A program made the translations under genes and the position numbers. A model generated the notes under the pieces. That model searched no databases. It saw only the letters and a program-made list of their open reading frames with translations, and was not told the origin of the DNA. A stretch of DNA of 63,976 nucleotides, filler included, from Thraustochytrium aureum (lineage: Eukaryota): NCBI GenBank assembly GCA_012862495.1. It is 5 parts of 4 records of this genome, joined end to end, with 100 filler letters (N's around TTAATTAATTAA, not from the genome) between each part and the next. Parts side by side here need not be neighbours in the genome. Positions count along the whole stretch, not along the records: positions 50,845 to 59,034 come from BLSG01000161.1; positions 59,135 to 62,737 come from BLSG01000161.1; positions 62,838 to 63,976 come from BLSG01000174.1; 2 more parts are not named here. One strand, given 5' to 3'. This document shows, one piece after another, positions 58,332 through 63,976 of the stretch. The stretch's first letter is position 1. Every line of letters starts with the position of its first letter.

Positions 58332-59034
58332 ATGTCGGCGGGGCACGCGACGGCAGTCGACGTGCGGCAGCGCGCCGCCGGGTTTGACCCCGGACGCGTG
58401 TCGGAGGAAATGAGCGCGGGGCACCTTGCTGATGTCAAGCGCAGGCCGAGCATCAGGCGGCCCGCGCACAAACGGCACGTGAGCGGGTTTTCCGTCGGCG
58501 CGAACGAGATGGACGAGCTGTTCGAGCTGTCCGAGCCCATCGCCAGCGAGGACCCCCCAGGCCACATGAAGCGCACGAAGAGCATGGGCGCCGATCAGCT
58601 CGGCGCGATACTGCCAGGTTTGGCGCGGGAGGTCGAGGAAGAAGATGACATTGCAAACATCAGCCAGCGCTTGGCGTCGCGACGCGCGAGCATCTCAAGC
58701 ACGGGCGACGACGACATCGCCAATGTGGTGGCCAGCTCTGCGGTCGACCCTGTTTCATCTAGTTTCTTGGAGAGCGTCATGGGAGAGGGACCTGAGACGA
58801 GCTCGACCATGCTGCCGCCGTCGCCCAGGGGGGCGTCATATCGGGCAGGCGCCATAGACTTTGATGCGATGGCCTTCTCCAGCGAAATGCCTCCGCGTCA
58901 GCATACGTATATGGACGGATTCGCTGACCGTCGCAACAACCGTTTCCAGCACCAGCAGCAACAGCGACAGGAGCACGAGCAAATGCAGCAGCGTCAACAT
59001 ATCCAGCAGCAGCAGCAACAGCAGCAGCAACAGC
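58332..59034 (+). CDS. Hypothetical low-complexity/poly-Q protein, 3' truncated
   Basis: Open frame with coding-like codon use, RRPS/HKRHVSGFS/KRTKS phospho-site-like motifs and terminal poly-Q. Confidence 0.6.
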
Positions 59035-59134
59035 NNNNNNNNNNNNNNNNNNNNNNNNNNNNNNNNNNNNNNNNNNNNTTAATTAATTAANNNNNNNNNN
59101 NNNNNNNNNNNNNNNNNNNNNNNNNNNNNNNNNN
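59035..59134. other. Artificial scaffold-join spacer
   Basis: 44 N + TTAATTAATTAA + 44 N. Confidence 0.97.
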
Positions 59135-60363
59135 CGACTCCACGCGCTGCGCGCCCCTTCTCGTCGACCACCATCCAAACCGAACCTCCCTCGGCCAGCA
59201 ACGCGGTGCTGCCCGACTTGAGATCGATTGATCAATCAACCAAAACTTCCCACGTCCCCAGCTGAACCTCGCACCACATTCCGCTGTCGTTCACAGGGCA
59301 GGCAGGCCAGCACGCGTTCGCGAAACGCAGCGCGACCCGGCAGCCACCCGCCTCGCCTCGCAGCCTGCCGCGCCACGGCGGCCTTGTCCACATCCTCCTC
59401 GTCGGCGGCGCGCCCAAAACAAGATCCTTCCGCATTGCACCGCGGCGGCTCCTTCCCTTTTGTGCCCATGTCCCTACGCTAGCCCCGCATCGTGTACGTT
59501 GGCACACATCGCAGAATCACGGCCGGACCAAATCACGGCTTAAACTGCGATAAACTGCGACGAAAAGCTACGGTTTCACCGAGTAAAGTGCGATACGCGC
59601 ATGTGGTGCGAGAATGGACACGAGAGAGAGCGAGAGAATCAATTCAAGCAATCAATGCCCTTGGGGCCGCCGATCGCGCAGGATCTGTCGCGGATGTGAC
59701 GATGAGTGGAAGAGATTTGGACGAGAAGGCCTTGGCAGCGCGGCGGATGCGACAGACCCCGAACGCGACGGACGAGATCTGTGCGCGGTCTGGTCTCTGC
59801 GCTGGGAAGAAGTAGATTTGNNNNNNNNNNNNNNNNNNNNNNNNNNNNNNNNNNNNNNNNNNNNNNNNNNNNNNNNNNNNNNNNNNNNNNNNNNNNNNNN
59901 NNNNNNNNNNNNNNNNNNNNNNNNNNNNNNNNNNNNNNNNNNNNNNNNNNNNNNNNNNNNNNNNNNNNNNNNNNNNNNNNNNNNNNNNNNNNNNNNNNNN
60001 NNNNNNNNNNNNNNNNNNNNNNNNNNNNNNNNNNNNNNNNNNNNNNNNNNNNNNNNNNNNNNNNNNNNNNNNNNNNNNNNNNNNNNNNNNNNNNNNNNNN
60101 NNNNNNNNNNNNNNNNNNNNNNNNNNNNNNNNNNNNNNNNNNNNNNNNNNNNNNNNNNNNNNNNNNNNNNNNNNNNNNNNNNNNNNNNNNNNNNNNNNNN
60201 NNNNNNNNNNNNNNNNNNNNNNNNNNNNNNNNNNNNNNNNNNNNNNNNNNNNNNNNNNNNNNNNNNNNNNNNNNNNNNNNNNNNNNNNNNNNNNNNNNNN
60301 NNNNNNNNNNNNNNNNNNNNNNNNNNNNNNNNNNNNNACCGTTCGGCTCGCGCGCGCTGAGCA

Positions 60364-60486
60364 AGGCAGGCAGGGCAGGCGTTCAGGCAGGCGGGCGTTC
60401 AGGCAGGCGGGCGTTCAGGCAGGCGGGCGTTCAGGCAGGCGGGCGTTCAGGCAGGCAGGCAGGCAGGCAGGCAGGCGTTCAGGCAG
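60364..60486. repeat. (AGGC)n / CAGGCAGGCGGGCGTT compound repeat abutting the HAL start codon
   Basis: Read directly; ends 1-2 nt before ATG 60488. Confidence 0.9.
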
Positions 60487-60487
60487 A

Positions 60488-62381
60488 ATGGGCGACGCCG
60501 GGGACCCCTGGCTCGTTGTGATCGACGGAGACTCGCTCGACTGCGAAAAGATCGTGCGACTTGGCAACCCTCGCGCGCACATCACGCTCGCGGACAAGGT
60601 CGAGCTCGTCGTGAGCGAGTCGCGCAAGGTCGTCGACCAGATGCTCGAGAAGCGCCAAGTGGCATACGGGATCAACACCGGATTCGGCCTCTTCTCCAAC
60701 ATTGTCATCGACGAAGAGAAGCTCGAAAAGCTGCAGCTCAACCTGATCCGCTCCCACGCAGCTGGCGTGGGCGCGCCTCTCACTTGGGAGCGCACGCGAA
60801 TGCTGCTCGCCGTGCGCATCAACGTCCTCTGCCGCGGCAACTCGGGCGTCTCCATGCGCACCTTGAACCAAATGGTCGAGGCCTTCAACAAGGGCTGCAT
60901 CTCGGTCGTGCCCTCGCAAGGGACCGTGGGCGCGTCTGGCGACCTGGCCCCGCTTTCGCACCTCGCCCTGGGCCTCATCGGCGAAGGGCTCATGTGGGAT
61001 CCGCCCGCGCAGAGTGCGCATGGCGACCAAGCGGAGCCGCGGCAGCCTCCCTCTCGCGCGCCCCGTTCACCGGGTCGGAGAGCATGCACTGGGCGAAACG
61101 GCCTGCGGCCGCGGTCCTCGCCCAAGCCGGCGTTGAGCCCATTCAGCTCCGCGCCAAGGAGGGGCTCGGCCTTGATCAACGGGACGCAGCTCATCACGGC
61201 GCTTGGGTGCGAGGCGGTGCTACGGGCCAAGAATGTAGCCAACTGCGCGGACGTGATTGCGGCCCTCTCCCTCGAGGTTCTCAAAGGCACGGTGAATGCC
61301 TTCCACCCGCGCATCCACGAGCGCCGCCCGCACCGCGGCCAGGGCATGGTCGCCGCCCGCCTACGCGCCTTGCTGTACCCAGGCGCGCCGTCCGAGCTGT
61401 TCCTGTCCCACAAGTACCACGGGCGCGTCCAAGACCCCTACTCGCTGCGATGCATCCCGCAGGTGCACGGCATCGTTGCCGACACGATCGAGTTTGTGCG
61501 AGGTATCCTCGAGGTGGAGGCGAACAGCAGCGGGGACAACCCCATGGTGTTTGCGGAGCCGCTGGACGTTACCCAAGTCGTGGACGGCGAGACGTGCACG
61601 TGTGGCCCCCAAAGCCCATGGCCCGGCGATCGAGCACGAGCTCCTCCTTGCCGAGCCTGGCCGAGGACCCGGCGGACCTGGAAGAGGCCAAGGCCGAGAT
61701 CCGCCGGCTTCGCGAGCAGCTGGCAGCGAAAAGCAACAACCCCCTGCGCACGGGTTCAAGCACCCAAGCGACACCCTGTACAACAACCACGTTGGCTTCA
61801 TCGCGAGCGGGGGCAACTTTCACGGCGAGTACCCTGCCAAGGCCCTGGACTACCTCGCGGTGGGTCTGCCCGAGCTCGGATCCATTAGCGAGCGCCGCCT
61901 CGAGCGCCTCGTCAACCCGACGCTCAGCCTCTTGCCGGCCTTCCTCGTGCGCGAGGGCGGCCTTAACAGCGGGTTCATGATTGCGCACTGCACCGCGGCA
62001 GCCTTGGTCAGCGAGAACAAAGTCCTCGCCCATCCCGCGAGCGTCGACTCGATATCGACTAGCGGCGCCAAGGAAGACCACGTGTCGATGGGTGGCATGG
62101 CCGCCCGCAAGGCGCTGCAGGTCGTCGAGAATGTGGAGCGCGTGCTGGCCATTGAGCTCCTCGCCGCCTGCCAGGCGCTCGAGTTTCACCGTCCTTTGCG
62201 CACTACCGAGCCGCTTGAGGCGGCGGTCAGGCTTGTGCGCGAGGGCGTGGCGCCCTGGGACGAGGACCGCATCATGAACGTCGACATCGACTACGCCACA
62301 AACCTCATCACCAGTGGACGGCTCTGGGCCGCGGTGAGCCCCTTTTTGGCCGACTTTGTGGGAACCAGTGTACTCGAGTAG
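60488..62381 (+). CDS. HAL: Histidine ammonia-lyase (histidase), several frameshifts in assembly
   Basis: [36 protein letters not shown] (MIO-forming ASG at 60932-60940), [76 protein letters not shown] and EDHVSMG. Confidence 0.95.
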
Positions 62382-62737
62382 AGTACTCTCTAGGATGAAA
62401 GTCTGGTCGAAACCGAAATCAAAACCTATTTATTCTTCCTGCGCCTTGCTCTGTGGCCCCTCCCGCCGGCGTCAGCGGCCGCCTCGCTCTGTTTCCGTCG
62501 TTTCTTCGTTCCCTGAGCTCTGTCAGCTTGCTCTCTTTGGAGAGCTAGGTCGAGCCGCGGTTCAATTGCCCGAGCGCTTTTCTTGGCGGCGCCTCCGCCG
62601 CGCCCATGCCCGCAGGCGCTGGATCCGCGGGCCGCTTCCTAGTTTTTGGGCGCGCCACTGCGCCAGACGCGCTGCCATGCTGTTTTCCTTGTCGCGCGCC
62701 TCGTCCGCCTTTTGTGCAACAGAGGCCGCGATCTTTG

Positions 62738-62837
62738 NNNNNNNNNNNNNNNNNNNNNNNNNNNNNNNNNNNNNNNNNNNNTTAATTAATTAANNNNNNN
62801 NNNNNNNNNNNNNNNNNNNNNNNNNNNNNNNNNNNNN
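62738..62837. other. Artificial scaffold-join spacer
   Basis: 44 N + TTAATTAATTAA + 44 N. Confidence 0.97.
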
Positions 62838-63110
62838 CATCGGGGCGCGTTGCACGCCAATCGCGGTCTAACGGGCCAACTTTTCGTGCCAGTTCCCTAT
62901 CTCCAAACTGCACGGAGTGTCTCCGACAATTATGCATTTTTGGGTTATATAGCAGTAAGGTGCGTGGCGCAGGCGTATCGCGAGGTGGAGCAGGAGGCGG
63001 TGGAGTTGGCGCTCGCGGCCGCAGCAGAACGCAGTGGTCGCGGAGAGCTGCTGGAGGCCGAGCGAGCGAGCGAGCGAACGAACGCAGGGCAGGGAGGAGG
63101 AAGAGGAGGA

Positions 63111-63191
63111 CGCTCGCTCGCTTGCTCGCTTGCTGCTTGCTCGCTTGCTCGCTTGCTCGCTTGCTCGCTTGCTCGCTTGCTCGCTTGCTCG
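63111..63191. repeat. (CGCTTGCT)n repeat just upstream of CSL4 ATG
   Basis: gctcgcttgctcgcttgc... read directly. Confidence 0.9.
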
Positions 63192-63200
63192 AGGCTCGGG

Positions 63201-63847
63201 ATGGGGGCGCAGGCTGGGGCCTGGGTCGTGCCCGGGACCGTGCTGCTGGACGCTGCGGAGGCGGCTGCACGCGGCGCGCGGACAGGGCCTGGCACGTACG
63301 AGCAGGACGGCGCGGTGCTCGCCGCGCTCGTTGGCAAGGTGGCGTGCACGGTGGCCGGGGAGATGGGTGGTGAGCGTGGTCGCCGCGGCTGCGAGGCCGC
63401 AGGTGGTTCCGGTCGTGCATAGCACCGTGACGTGCCGCGTTACCAAGGTGACCCCGCGGTTCGCGGTGTGCGACATCCTCTGCGTCGGGCCCAAGAGCAT
63501 CCCCTGGGTCCGGGTTCCGGGGCATGATCCGCAAGGAGAACGTGCGCAGCTTTGAGGTCGACCGCGTCGAGATGCACGACAGCTTTCGGCCCGGCGACAT
63601 CGTGCGGGCCGTCGTCGCTTCCTTGGGAAGCGCGCGCAGCTACGAGCTGACCACGGCGGAGACGCACTTGGGCGTGGTGAGCGCCCTCAGCGAGGCGAAC
63701 GAGCCCATGCTGCCGGTGTCCTTCGATCAGATGCGTTGCCCCGTTACTGGCTCGCTCGAAAAGCGCAAGGTCGCCAAGCTGGATGCTGCACCAGGGCGTG
63801 CGGACGATCCTTCGCTTACCGCCTCGGCAAGAGACGTTGGACTTTGA
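63201..63847 (+). CDS. CSL4: RNA exosome cap subunit CSL4/EXOSC1 (two frameshifts)
   Basis: VVPG..L...GPGTY..G.V.AAL.G, VP..STVTCRVTKV..R.A.C.IL, GMIRKENVRSFEVDRVEM..SFRPGDIVRA.V.SLG, Y.LTTAE..LGVV and MRCP.TG..EKRKVAK. Confidence 0.92.
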
Positions 63848-63976
63848 CAAAGTATTTTCCGTGCATCGCCGCCGCGATGATGTGCCAACACCTCGAGACT
63901 CCTCTCCTCCTCGTCCCTCCTCGACCCTCCCTTGCCCGCGCCTCTGTAGCGATTCGTTGTCGAGGTCCCCCGCCGC

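Noticed and set aside
50845..62381. Glutamate-yielding catabolic cluster (5-oxoprolinase + histidase)
   Set aside because: The genes are separated by an artificial spacer at 59035-59134, so linkage is unsupported.
60488..62381. HAL, symplekin, CSL4 and others as pseudogenes
   Set aside because: Catalytic and structural motifs are intact and the breaks are single-base indels, mostly in homopolymers; sequencing error is more parsimonious.
62440..62737. Minus-strand coding-like tail (KENSMAARLAQWRAQKLG) at a scaffold end
   Set aside because: Probably the 3' end of a truncated gene, but too short and frame-uncertain to call.
1..63976. rRNA, tRNA, transposase, reverse transcriptase or viral genes
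   Set aside because: No recognisable signatures by eye. tRNAscan-SE, Infernal and RepeatMasker would be needed to exclude small RNAs or decayed elements, and the N gaps may hide repeats.

Overview
High-GC, gene-dense, intron-poor eukaryotic DNA from a flagellated protist. A stramenopile, probably a thraustochytrid/labyrinthulid, is my inference from gene content and architecture, not from a database match. The window is not one locus: four identical 100-bp artificial spacers (44 N + TTAATTAATTAA + 44 N) join five separate scaffold pieces, and there are many internal N gaps. About 24 protein-coding genes can be called. They include DNAAF3, an SLC13/DASS transporter, TauD-type and prolyl-hydroxylase-type 2OG-Fe(II) dioxygenases, CWC25, symplekin, a phospholipase B-like protein, a CBS-pair protein, SMG9, cyclin C, a KIF12-like kinesin, an EAG/CNBD K+ channel, a FAD oxidoreductase, a WD40 protein, a WDR81-like BEACH protein, 5-oxoprolinase, a Myb protein, histidine ammonia-lyase and CSL4. 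Many genes carry single-base frameshifts in short homopolymers, most likely sequencing errors. Three short GT-AG introns can be read directly, each restoring a reading frame. The most striking feature is a ~2,460-codon SWR1/p400-like protein with intact HSA and SANT domains whose SNF2 ATPase has lost its catalytic motifs, i.e. an apparent pseudo-ATPase between p400 and Eaf1. Also notable are a decayed ABC-F pseudogene behind symplekin, a diverged ~220-bp direct repeat around the Myb gene, an 11-bp motif array with unique spacers, and tandem repeats just upstream of many start codons. I saw no rRNA, tRNA, CRISPR array or transposase.
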